This document shows, piece by piece, positions 13,501 through 25,500 of a stretch of 64,000 nucleotides of DNA. Position numbers and translations under genes: made by a program. The number at the start of each line of letters is the position of its first letter. Positions within the stretch are counted from its first letter, which is position 1. Location: positions 11,195,710 through 11,259,709 of the forward strand of contig CM119268.1 in assembly GCA_051294375.1 (NCBI GenBank), given 5' to 3'. This stretch comes from Paraspadella gotoi (taxonomy: Eukaryota > Animalia > Chaetognatha). The notes under the pieces are model-generated. The model was not told where the DNA came from and did no database searches. It saw only the letters and a program-made list of their open reading frames with translations.

Positions 13501-16500
13501 GGGGGTTTTTGGAAGCAAATGGACTGAAACTGACCTCTTTATTGCTCTTTCTTCTCGTCAGCAGATCGGGAAGCCTGGAAACAAAGGACACTGCCGAAGT
13601 CAGCTGATGACAGGTGTTGCCAACGATGGCTGCCAATTTCTTCAGCGTGGGAGCGAATTCAACCTGAGGACAAAGAGCGTTTTGATATTTTTAAAACCTA
13701 AGCATTATTTACGAAACCATTTTTTTTCTTTTTACGTACTACTATAACACATTCAACTACTAATTAAAAAAGTTATAACATTAGTGAGTGCGGGATTTTT
13801 TTTTTTAATCTTCGCTTACCTTTATACTTTTGGTTGAGCTACTTAGTTATTCGATAAACAACAAACAAAAGTGCAGATTGAAGTGTCTCTAGCGGACGGG
13901 TAAATGTTAATATGTATTTTTGTAATCTTGCTATTTACTTCGCGCAAATTACGCAGACATAGTTACAATCAATAATATAACTATAAAAAAAATTCTACTT
14001 TTGCGAAATTCTATAAAGCTGTTTTCATACGTCTATGACGGTAAGAGTTGTTAACCAACAATAACACACAGTTTTGACAATAAGTACATAGGACATAATT
14101 AAGCTAATTTACTACGAATCAACAAATGACTATTGGCAAATACGTTTCTGTCTTTGGCGCCCCTGTATCGCTGATTCGGCTAGGAAAAAAAAGTAAAAAA
14201 AATTTTTCAAACAAAAGGCGTCAGAAAATCTACTTTTTATCGCAAAATGAGAGTAAAAACGCGTGCGAGCGGATTCACGTGTTTTCGACGAAATTGCATG
14301 CTTCAATTCATGCCAACTGTAAGCTTTTTGCTCAGAAAAATCACGGAGAAATCCGTTTGGAGGCAAAAGTGTTATCAGTGAACTTTTTTTTGCAACTTGT
14401 GGAGGCAACGGAAGTGTTATGCAACCACCACGGCATCACGCTGACAAAAATTTTAAAGACACATTCCTCATTGTTAGAAATTGACATCTTTCACTCTACC
14501 CCATTTCCCCACAATCTACCAGGTGATATTTTATCACAATCCACTCACGCCTTTCAAGTTTCAACCCACCCACCCTCAACCCGATCCCCCCTTCCTCCCT
14601 TTCCCCTCTTCCTCACCTTTTCGTCCTCGAGTATGACTTGTACTTTGAACAAAGGATTGGGTGCGGACTTGCCGTCCCCGTTGATGGCTTTGGCGAGCTC
14701 CTGGAGGCTCCATTTGACGTTGAGGCGCAGCGCCTCTTCGACCATCCGGTCCATCTTTTCGGTGTAGCGGTACCAGTAGGCCTGCACCTCGGAAGGGTCG
14801 TTCTTGAAGGTCTGCAAAATGGCACGAAAAGGTTGAAGGTAGGGTATCAAAAATTTGAAGGGCTACATTTAATGTGCAAATAGAAGGAAAGATACAATAT
14901 TACAATATTACTTGCCTCGAATGTTGTTTTCATTTGGTTGACGATGTCTTCGTGGATGCCTTCGACTTTTCTAGCGATCGAGGATCGATGTCGACCTTTA
15001 AAAGGACAATCAATCAATCAATCAATAATACCATTCATCAATGAACAAACTTTTTTTTCAATCTATTATCAATCAATCAATGGCAATCAAATGATTTACT
15101 TTGATCGTCCTCGAACTCCGTTCTCTCGTAAACCCTCTTCCCATCGATTTTGACCAAGAGAATCTCAGAGATTCTCTTGCAGTGCTTGGCGATTTGTCTG
15201 GTTCGCCGTCTTGTAACTATCCGTGATGAGTTGGACCTGCAAAAGCAAGCAATAGTTCGATTTACGAGAAGGTCGAACAATCAATTAATCAATACTCAAA
15301 AATATAATTAATAAAGTAAGAAAAAATGAGCGGAAACATGAAATCAATCCATAGAGTGAATTGATATAATCGCGTCAAGGAATTGCATACCTTGGAAGCG
15401 TGTTGTCGACATTCGCTGATGAAGTAGTCTGAGATTCCCCCGAGAGCCCAGGTTAGCTTTGGTCAGGCCTGGAAACGGAAAAATTTTTAACAATTACTAT
15501 TATTTATTAAGATTACTATTTGAATTAGAGGTGGAAAAAAAAAATTATTTGTTTGATAACAACTATGTCAAAAAAAATCGTCTTTATAAAAAAAATACTT
15601 TATTTTCCTATTCTAAATTACTAAATAGATTAAAAAGATTGTGATTTCGAGTCCTACCGGCGTGAATCTTTTATATCAAGAATCGGATTCTTTCTCTGAA
15701 CAGTCCTCGTTCCTCGGGAGGAGAGGGCACCGATTATTCTGAAACAAGATCAAGTTTGAGAAATGAATTTTTTGGGACAAAAATTGTTCTAAAATTGTCC
15801 TAAATACATATTACTTAATTTAAAAGAAACATTTTCCTGTAGATTTTGATTAACTTAAGTCTAAAATTTGTCACAATTGAATACTATGCTGGAGTAATAA
15901 TGAAGATCAAAGCTTATGTCATAGTTATGATCAAAGATTATGATTATATCCATTCATTTAAAACAATAATTTTCCTCAAAGATTTTTTTCAAAAGCTATA
16001 GAGACCTGTTGTAGTCTCTGACCACGAGCAATACACTCGCAGATTGCGCAGATCTTCTCTCTTGATTATAACTTCTTCCCGCGTAGTGGGGGATCTCGAA
16101 CATAAGCTCTCCCAGTAGTGAATCTCTTGGAACAGTTTCAGCAGGTTGCTGCGAGCGAAAATGATATGTGAAAGTGTAATAGACTATCGTATCGAGATTT
16201 AATCATATTTAAAAAGTTTGTTGAGAAAAGCAAAATGCTAAGTAATATAATAAATCACCGGTCGAAGTTCATATCCAACATGGCGGATCGTTCCATGCTT
16301 CGGCACATCAGTGGAATTTCCAGCAACCGAGTCGGCTCCTGAACGGAAATCCAAATCACGAAATTATTCAAACAGGAATTAATATTGTTCAACTTTTACA
16401 CAAATGTTGAATTCCGAGACGATGCTAGTGTTTTTTTTTCTTCGTGAAATTGTGAAAACCGTAAAGTGCTCTGGTGATTCTTGCGATGACAGAATTACTC

Positions 16501-19500
16501 AAGGGAAACCTACGAACCTGAACCACATTAATTTCTTCACCGTCAACCTAAATATTTTATTCAAAAAAGAAAAAAAGCGCTGATTAAAAAATTTGACCGG
16601 GTCACAGTAATTTTAAAAAAATTTTGCGCAAACTTGCGTAGACGTGCAATCTCTACAAGTTATATCACTTCATTGTTAGGGAAGCCAAGCACTCGGGGGG
16701 TTATTGAACTAGACTGCGAGAAAGGCTTTCGAGAGGGCCCACCATAGCCTATCTATTGTCCAAAGTAATTGGCAAGATAGTGTGGCATTCACTATCGCCA
16801 CCCGCCTGAGTCTATCCGCGCAGCCCCGATGGCGTAAGAGCGAGAATGCTCTCTTCCCTCCAAGCGGTCTTGGGTTCGTGCCCCATTGCTGTCAATGCTA
16901 AGCCACCTGTCGTGGCGCACTACAGTCAGATCCGCCACTACTGAAATTAGTAACTTGTCCAGTCGTGTGGCACTGAAATCGCTTGTTTATTGAATAAGTG
17001 ATTAATTTTTATATTGGTTGAACAAATTATGAACATCTGAGCTGACGATCGCTATTATCATCAATATATATCAACTTTATCATATATTTGTACTGATGTC
17101 TGTGTCAGTCAGTCAGTCAGACGACGACAGACTTAGACATAGTACGGACCACCCTAAGAGAAAACTGTTTTAAACTCGGACTTGGAAATTCAGATACTAC
17201 GTAGCATCGTCGCATCGTAGTTTCGAAAGTCCTGCGTGGATCAAATAAATAATACCCGTAAATCCACGACGCAGTTTTCGTATCGGTCATTCACCTTTCG
17301 AGTTTTCTGTAGAACCGGTCCCGGCCCTGGAAACGTTGCTGACTTTTGATTATCGTAATAAAATGAACCATAAAAACTCGTTTCTCGTCCAATGACATTC
17401 GGCTTTTCGGCTCCTTTTATTATTTCTTTTATTTAAAATCATACCGAGTCACTGACTCGCGGCTACTGGATCTACTACATTTTATTCATGAGGCCGAGGT
17501 CCTTCACCTCTTATTCTCGCCTTTTTTTCATACAAAATCAATTAAACATATAACTGTACCGTAACATTGATAAAAATTTATATTCGTTACGCAGGATCAT
17601 ATAAATTATAAAGTAATTCAAATAAACATGGCTCCGAACGACGTCAAAATACATCTGAACTACTCCGTCGATTTGGAAACGTCTCTTCCTCTGAGCTCTG
17701 AAAAAAATGAGCCAGCTAAGAAAGGCCTTATCAAACCCAAGGTAAAAGAGCACAATGCTTCTCTGAATAAATGATCCTATTATGACAACAGTCGGGTTGC
17801 CTGTGATGCCCATTAGGATGGGCATTCTCACTGTTGGCTTTCGGGGCCTCAGTGACGCCTCCTGTCGCTGGCGCGATTACCCAAGGACGCTTAGCCAACG
17901 TAGAGTAGTTGGGATGGAACGCAACGCCTGGGATGGTGCGTTCCCCCTGTGAACCAATGGGATTGGCTGAACGATGATGGACGTGAGGCGGTGTGAATAT
18001 ACCGCCACACTATAATGGTATAAGTCAAACTTCAGTTTTGTTTTATCTGATATTTTACAGGAAGTGTCGGTCAAAGATGGGCGCTCCACTCAGGCCACCC
18101 TGGACGATCATTCCTTCGAGTTGGTGGAGTTCGACACCTCCTTCAAGACGGAAGACTTCTACTCGGAACCTTCGAGGATCGAGACGGAATATTTTCGGGA
18201 GATGGAGGAATGCATCAAGAGGAGCACTGGTGCAGAACTTGTTAAATGTTTCGACTATTTAGTTAGAAATAAAAGCAAGTTCGAACCGGAGGCTAAAGAT
18301 GGACGAATTGAAGGTAATGAAACGGAAAAATTGGTTTTTGATTGCTATTAGTCAATGCTTGTTATGATGCAAGAAGCCTTTTCCGTTAGTTTATCTATGT
18401 TTTATATTTTTAAAAATATATTAAAATGGAATAATTTTTTAATGTGAAGTTCTTGCAATTTTTTTTTTTTTTTTGATGAAGATGGCAATTAAGGATGTGA
18501 AATAGTTTTAAAATAATCAAAGCAATAAAACCTGACTTAATATTATTTTTCAGAGAACAATATCTGGGCAAAATGATTTTTGTTTCACAACGAATTTTAT
18601 TTTATCATAGAAAACGTACATGTTTCGGCTTTGTACGTTTTCTATGATAAAATAAAATTCGTTGTGAAACAAAAATCATTTTGCCCAAATACATGTAACA
18701 ACGAAAAAGAAAGGTTATTACCACTAGAGAACAATATCATAACCATTTCCTTTTAAATTTTAATAACAGATTACGCTCGAGGAATTCACACGGACCTCCA
18801 CGAAGAAAGCGCTCACGCCCTCTTCTCTTTCTTGACCGGAGATTTGGACGAGAGGTTCCAACGAGGAAGATTCGTCTGCATCAACGCTTGGAGGAACATT
18901 CGCGACGAGCCGCTCGAGAAAAATCATCTCGCCGTCCTTGACGCGAAGTCATTGTCTGGAGGTATCGGCTCAGAGGTAAGGACGTGGAAGTAAGTAAATC
19001 AATGCTTCAATGTAGCGAAGAAGGTTTTGTAAATTTGGGACTTAACCTCCATGACGCTTTGTTTGATCTTTGCAAGAGAAGTCTCTCTCTCTCTCTCTCT
19101 TACACTCTCTTGGCTTGACTTTCGCCGGTACCTAGTTGCCTCTGTTTCATTCCCAATCTCATGTATTACAATTAACATATATCTGTAGTCGGGCATTGCC
19201 TAGGTTCACCCCGCCTATAAGCATGACACCTTCAGTCCTGACCCGGTGGCTCATTGAGTAAAGCTATCAGCTCATGACCACTAGGTGCCGGGTTCAATCC
19301 CAACCCGGTACCTACCCTGCGGGAAGCGTGAGGACGGCCGTAAGCCGCCTTGGGGGCGTGGCAACCCCTCAAGCCTGGTTCCAAGCCCAGGACCCGTTCC
19401 ATGGCTACTAAAGGGGGTTATAGAAGTTACGGATAGTCATCTTAAGCCCACTTAGCGCCTTATCCACATATCTTTCTCTCTGATTGCCCATAAAGTATTA

Positions 19501-22500
19501 TTTTCTGCTTCCACCATCTTCAAAAACTAATCGGATTTTTGAAAGCAAGGTCAAACATTTCCAAACTATTCTCCACACCAGGATTACTTGGAGAATTGCT
19601 TCGGCCACAAATCAATGGAAAAATTCTTCGTGCTGAACGAGAAAAACAGCGCCTCCCACGAATGGCACTATTTCCCGCGCATGCGCAAAGAGGAAGTGCT
19701 TCTCTTCAAACAGTGGGACTCCGACCCGGAGAGGCGCGCCATGACGTGCTTCCACGCCGCCTTCGACGACCCTCGAGTAGCTGGCGACGAAGCGGCCAAG
19801 CCCCCTCGCGAGTCGATCGAAGTGCGCGCCATCGCGTTTTTTCCCGATCACGCGCCCAACACGTGTCCGAAGGTGGAACCGGTTGACGTCGAAGACGCTT
19901 TCGGTTTTAAACGCGGAAGTCCGATTTTTCGGATCGGATGGAGGCATGAGCAAAATAAGTTCTTCGGTCTGTGAAACGTCGAATGCGTCCCGTATAGACG
20001 TTCCGCTTACAAAACGGCGAATTTAAGCAAAAAAACCACTTTTTCCAATATTGTTCAGTTGTTTACGTTACAATATTAATTTAATTTGTACCACGAATAC
20101 AAAATTGGGCTGAACTAAGGATTGGTTAAAATCATCTCCACCTGTTTCTAATGATAACAAAGTACAATTTTTTTCTATATTTAGGGAAAAAAAATCATGT
20201 CCATTTTTTGTCCATTTTCACTTTCGTCTTCTGATTAGAGTGCCAAGGAAAGTTGAGAAAAAATTTTTACTTTGGAAATCCGTTCTTCCTTATCTTCTTT
20301 ACCTCTGGGTTAATTTATTTTCCTTAAATCATTTATAGTTTGCCTATGAATTAATTTTTAAAGTTGACAAGTCAAAAAGTTTCATTTCTGTTTTTTTTAT
20401 CATAATTTGTTAAACGAAATTGTTCAAATGTGGTTTAAATTAACAGAAATATAGGCAATTGAATAAGCTTTTAACACCTATAAAATTATCAAAAAAAAAC
20501 TTTTTTGTTTAGCCACAAATAATTTTTAAAGACGTTTTTTAATTTGTGACTTTTTTGTGACTTGCATTTATTTTTGATAAAGAGAATATTTTTAAAAATA
20601 GTTTTTAAAGGATGAAGTACATACTGACGTTGATTAATCCAAAAAAACCGCATCCTTTTAACCAATGGAAAGCGTCAGGACTATTTTTCTGAGAATCGAC
20701 AGATTTTTGCGGAAAATATTTTCCGCAAAATCTGTCGATTTACTAAATCTGCTAGGCAACCAAAATTGAAATAAAATCTGCGCTACCCCAAAATTTTTTT
20801 TTACTACAGTTCTTTCAAAACTTTTTTATTTGGTCACGTCAGAAAATAAGACAACAAGAGAAAAAGAGAAGTGGAGCGAGAAAGAGTGTGTGAAATAAGA
20901 GGAGCAGGTAGAGGGAGAGGAATTGGATTTGAAAGTAGAGAAAAGGAGAGAGAGACGAAGAGAGAAGAAGAGAAGCAGAGATAAGAAGGAAGAAAAAAAT
21001 AATAAAGTTAAAAAAGCAAAAGAGAGGAAGAGAGAGGAAAGGAGGAGAGAAGGATTGAAGGAGGGAAAGAAAGAGTGTTAGAGAGAGTGACAGAGAGGGA
21101 GAAAGAGAAAAGGGATGAGAGAAGGATTGAAGGAAGGAAAGAGAGAGTGACAGAGAGGAGAAAAAGAAGGAAAAAAAGAAAAAGGGAGAGGAAAAATTAA
21201 AAGATTAAGTGTCATCTTTATCCTGAAGAGTTCTGTGAATCTGATTGACGCCTAAATTCCTATGAGCAATTTTATCTTTAAAAGTTGTGCTTACCATGAA
21301 AAAATCGCATGTACTTCTTTTCTTAAATTAAGCAGATAACGAGATTTGATTGAAGAAATCATGTCTTACCGTATTTGAAGGCATAGAAATTCAACTAAGT
21401 GTGTCTCGATGTTATATAGGAGAAAAGATAACTATAGCCAACCGTTTTTTATAACTGAAGAACGTCCTATATTTATCAGATGGGGTGAAAATAAATGATA
21501 TTGTATATTCGAATTTCAAAACATTAGTCTAAAATACCCGTAAGCGAGGTATACAGCTCTATAACTATCAGCCGAATGTAGTTAATCCGACAAGTATATG
21601 TAATCGAAAGATTGAACATATTGATTTTTTAGCATTGAAAATGCTATTGAAGTAGCATGTTTCCTAATACTTACGAGACTTCGATTCCGAATTTCTGGTG
21701 TATTGAATTCTTGTTTTAAACTTCTTTGTGACCCGAAACTTATGTACTCTCAGCCATTTATGGTGTATTGTTAAAAATTTATTTGTTTGCAAGTAAATTT
21801 TGTGTCGATGATTGTTGTATTACATTTTTTTAAAGTACAAGCAGTCAGGGCCGTCATTTTGAGGTTTATATTCGGTCGAAGTGAAAATAGCCCTGAGGTA
21901 AGCAAGTCCCTGCTCGGTCATATTCCAGCAACTAAGGTTAGAACAAACGTCTAAACGTATTTTACATTGAATTTAAGCATAATTATGGAATTTTTTAAAA
22001 ATATGTCCGGTTTGAGTTTTGTATGGATTTAATTCAATTGGTTTAAAGTTGATTTGTTTTTATATATTTGGAGTTGATTTATTTTTTTTCGATTTGATTT
22101 AAGAAATTAGAACAATAGAAGTTATTTTATAACAGATAAATTTCCTAGAAAGCAAAAATGGGCCCCTTGTTCTTTTGTTCCCCGCCAAAAATAAGCAAAG
22201 CTGAAACCAAGTTCCCGCCAATTTTCTGGTTTTAATTGGATCGTTAAATCGCAAGCGAAGAAAGAATCATATCCCGGATGTAATTGTAAACAAGGGCTCG
22301 TTTGTTATTTTTTTCTTCGTAAGAAAAAGAATAATATCAATCGCAGTACTGAGTTCATACGCAGGTTTTTTTTCTAAAATCCTCCAATTTATCCCTACCC
22401 AGACGATTCTCCCGAACTTACCCTATCCGTCTGCCCGGTCCACTCGTTGAAGGTCTTGCGGATGAACTCTTCCAAGGCCGTTGAGAGTTGGTGATATTGC

Positions 22501-25500
22501 TGTCGTGCCTCGTCGCCGAGTCCGCTGTGGGGCAAGAAGTGCGCCTTGTCCAGGATGTGCATGGACCGGTCGATGCGCCTAAAATAAGACCCAACGTTTA
22601 TCAATATATTTATTCCAATATCAATGTTTTTTAATTCAGAATTCATTTTGATATTAGATATTAAATATTGTATTTGCAACAGGCTAAAGGGAAAGAAGGC
22701 GTGAAGGCACGTTTCGAAAAGAAAAACCTCCGGGGGCGGTTTAAGGTCGCAGGATGAGGTCGGGCTCAACAATATTTGTCGGACTCACGAGATTCGATGA
22801 AGCTTTTCACCACTCCCCCCCCTCCTTCCTCCCCCGCACCTCCTCAAAGCCCTCGCCCACAGCGCCGCCCCGGCGTGCTTCGGATGCGTGGGCGGAAGCG
22901 GCACAGATTTGGCCGTCAACTCTTTCTTGACGGCGTTGAGTTCCTCGTTGAAGAGACTCCACACGTCGACCGTCTTCTTATCGAGGGTTCGACGAATCGC
23001 TTCTCTGGGGATCGAGAAAGGAGAAGTAGTTCTTGATGTTGTTTTCGTCGTCGTTGTTGTCGTCGTTGTGATCGGAGTTAAATTCTGAAATGAACTCCTC
23101 AGTTGTTTTTTTACTGCTGCTGCTGGTTTTGTTGTCGTTGGGTTGTTGCGTTGCTGTTCTTTTTGGTCGTTTTTGTTGTTGTTTCTTAGTTGTTATTATT
23201 GTCGTCAGAATCGGTACGAATTAGGGTTAGATTTGCAAAGCGTTTCGATGTAAGTTTGATGATGCTGTTGCAGAAAAGACCCCGTGACCCCCACCTGGCG
23301 GAGAGATGGTGAAAGACGTCGAGGAGCTCGACTCCCTGTTCGACGGTCGTCACCGTCTCGAAGGCGGAGTTGATCACATTCTGCATCATCACTTCGAGAT
23401 CCTGAAAATGATTGATTGATTGATTTGATTGAATTCATCGATTAATTTAAATATGAATGACGAAATAATTGATTAAATCATCGCGTAAAACAAGTAATTA
23501 AATTTATCAATGCGCCGATTATATTGAATGAAAATAAAAATAATTAATAAAAGAATGGATAGACTATAAAGCTTTTTGATTATTCTCCTCATTATTCGCT
23601 AAAAATTTTGGCAACTTGAAACCCGTCAGATCCTCTTGTTCATTTGTCTTTATCTTTTTTTTCTTTCAAATTCAAGTCTTCAAATTTTTCTAGATTTCTT
23701 TTTCCCTCGACCGAGCAATTCTCATCGGTTGCTCCCTTTAGTTTTCTTTTACCAACTATTTTTTTATTTTATTTTTAACTTTTGTTTATTTTTTTTTTCT
23801 CTCTCTTCCTCGCACCTACAACGTGGGGGATCAATTTCGGGCAAAAGGGTTTCGGGTTACGAAGGTCGCCGGATCGAACCTCGGATGAGCCTCGTATTTC
23901 GGAGAAAGTTTTGAATGTTTGTCGGATATAATTAACGAAGACAACGGATATAAAAAGGGGTCGAACTATTTTTAAAACATTTTGGATGGAACCAGCGGAT
24001 ATTTTCAGCGAAATATAAATTGATCGGCAAGAGGTCTAAATACTGACTTAAGGGCCCCCCTCCATTTTATCTCGCAAGTTTTTTCCTCCACTCTTTACAA
24101 CTTGACTCTGCCAAGAATCTCTTTCTCTTTTTTGATCAATCACACAAAAAACCCTCGTTATCTCATTCTCGAAGCAATACTGTTTTTTTTTTGTTTTTTT
24201 TGCCATCTTAATCGCTAACAAGTGTTCTTTTTTTTTTTTTGCCATCTTAATCGCTAACAAGTGTTATTTTTTTTTGTCTGTAAGAAGGGATCATCACTTT
24301 TTTTTCATCAGTAATCAGCCGTTTCCAGGGATTTACTCCCTAGACTAACTGACCACCAGATTTATCGTTTCAATCGAAACAATTTCTAAAAAATTCACTT
24401 TTCATTTTCCCGCGTCTTGGCAAAAAGAGCCGGTGGGCAGAGAAATAAATCTCTCATCCATCATCGTTTTATTTTTAGCCAATTTGAGGGAAACGCAAAA
24501 CATCCGCCTTTGAATTCGAAGGATTTTGAACTTTTGTTTATTCGACGCGGGCGCCTCCTTCGAAAAATCGCTTATCGCGTCAGGAATTCAAACACCATCG
24601 CCTCATCAGTCAAGCGTAGTAAAAATATTAAAATCAAGTAGAATCAAAATCCAAAATGAACATTTTTTTAAAATTATTTTTTTATTTAAAATTTTCGCAT
24701 TAGTCCTCTTATTTTTGAAAGTAGATTCGAATTCCTCACGAAAAGTTGATAAAAGGAAATATTTATATTTATATTATAGTTATAACTCTTTTTAGAAAAT
24801 TATTTCATTAAGTGTGTCAAAAAACTAAAAAAACTGTTATTGTTACTATTACGGTTACTGTTACTGTTACTGAGAGTAATAATCATCAGACTCCTGTCTC
24901 CTTTACCACAACTCTAGCCTTGATTCGCTCCTCCCCTTAATCACCAAAGATCGCTTATCCGTTTCCCGAGTATCTCGAGTTTCGTTTCCGTTTTCATTCT
25001 CACCCTCTCGATTCACGGATTCACGGATTCACGGATTCGAAGATTCACGCGAGCGCGCGAAACTCCCCGCTCTCGTTCGAAAGACGTTTCACGCGAAGAA
25101 ATGGTATTCGGGTTTGGGGGAGGCGACGACGATGACGACGATATTGACGACGGAGACGACGATATTGACGACGGAGACGACGATATTGACGACGGAGACG
25201 ACGATATTGACGACGGAGACGACGATATTGACGACGGAGACGACCATCACAAAAACGACGACGAAATCTCCAAAAATCGACTTAAAACCGAAAAACTTGG
25301 TCGTTCACCGAAAACCAAAATCGTATAGCGAAAAAAAAAAATCCGACAGAAAAAAAAAGAAAAACATTTTTGCGAAACAATTAATTGAATAAAAATTAAA
25401 TATTCTTTGACGAAATTAACGTCCAAATCAATTAAAACCATGTACTACGGCCTCTCGCTCCTCGCCTTCACCCAATCCGTCAACAGGGAAAACTTTTTTC

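Larger units (their letters stand above)
2450..18280. repeat. Large inverted duplication (left arm ~2450-9978, right arm ~11191-18280), probably an assembly artefact
   Basis: The arms are reverse complements over ~7 kb, including the same dynein exons, introns and Hsp70 promoter. They differ mainly by scattered 1-nt indels that break reading frames. Confidence 0.9.

Noticed and set aside
17840-17950. HDV-like or pistol ribozyme
   Set aside because: cctcct and ggctaag resemble HDV loops, but I could not build the nested P1/P1.1/P2/P3 pseudoknot on either strand.
19240-19310. Functional tRNA genes (also 16820-16893 and 37693-37764)
   Set aside because: A/B boxes are present, but the cloverleaf stems are degenerate and run into non-tRNA bodies, consistent with SINE heads.
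25125-25245. CRISPR-like array or poly-Asp/Thr protein
   Set aside because: Head-to-tail 21-mers without spacers in a eukaryotic context; a simple minisatellite.
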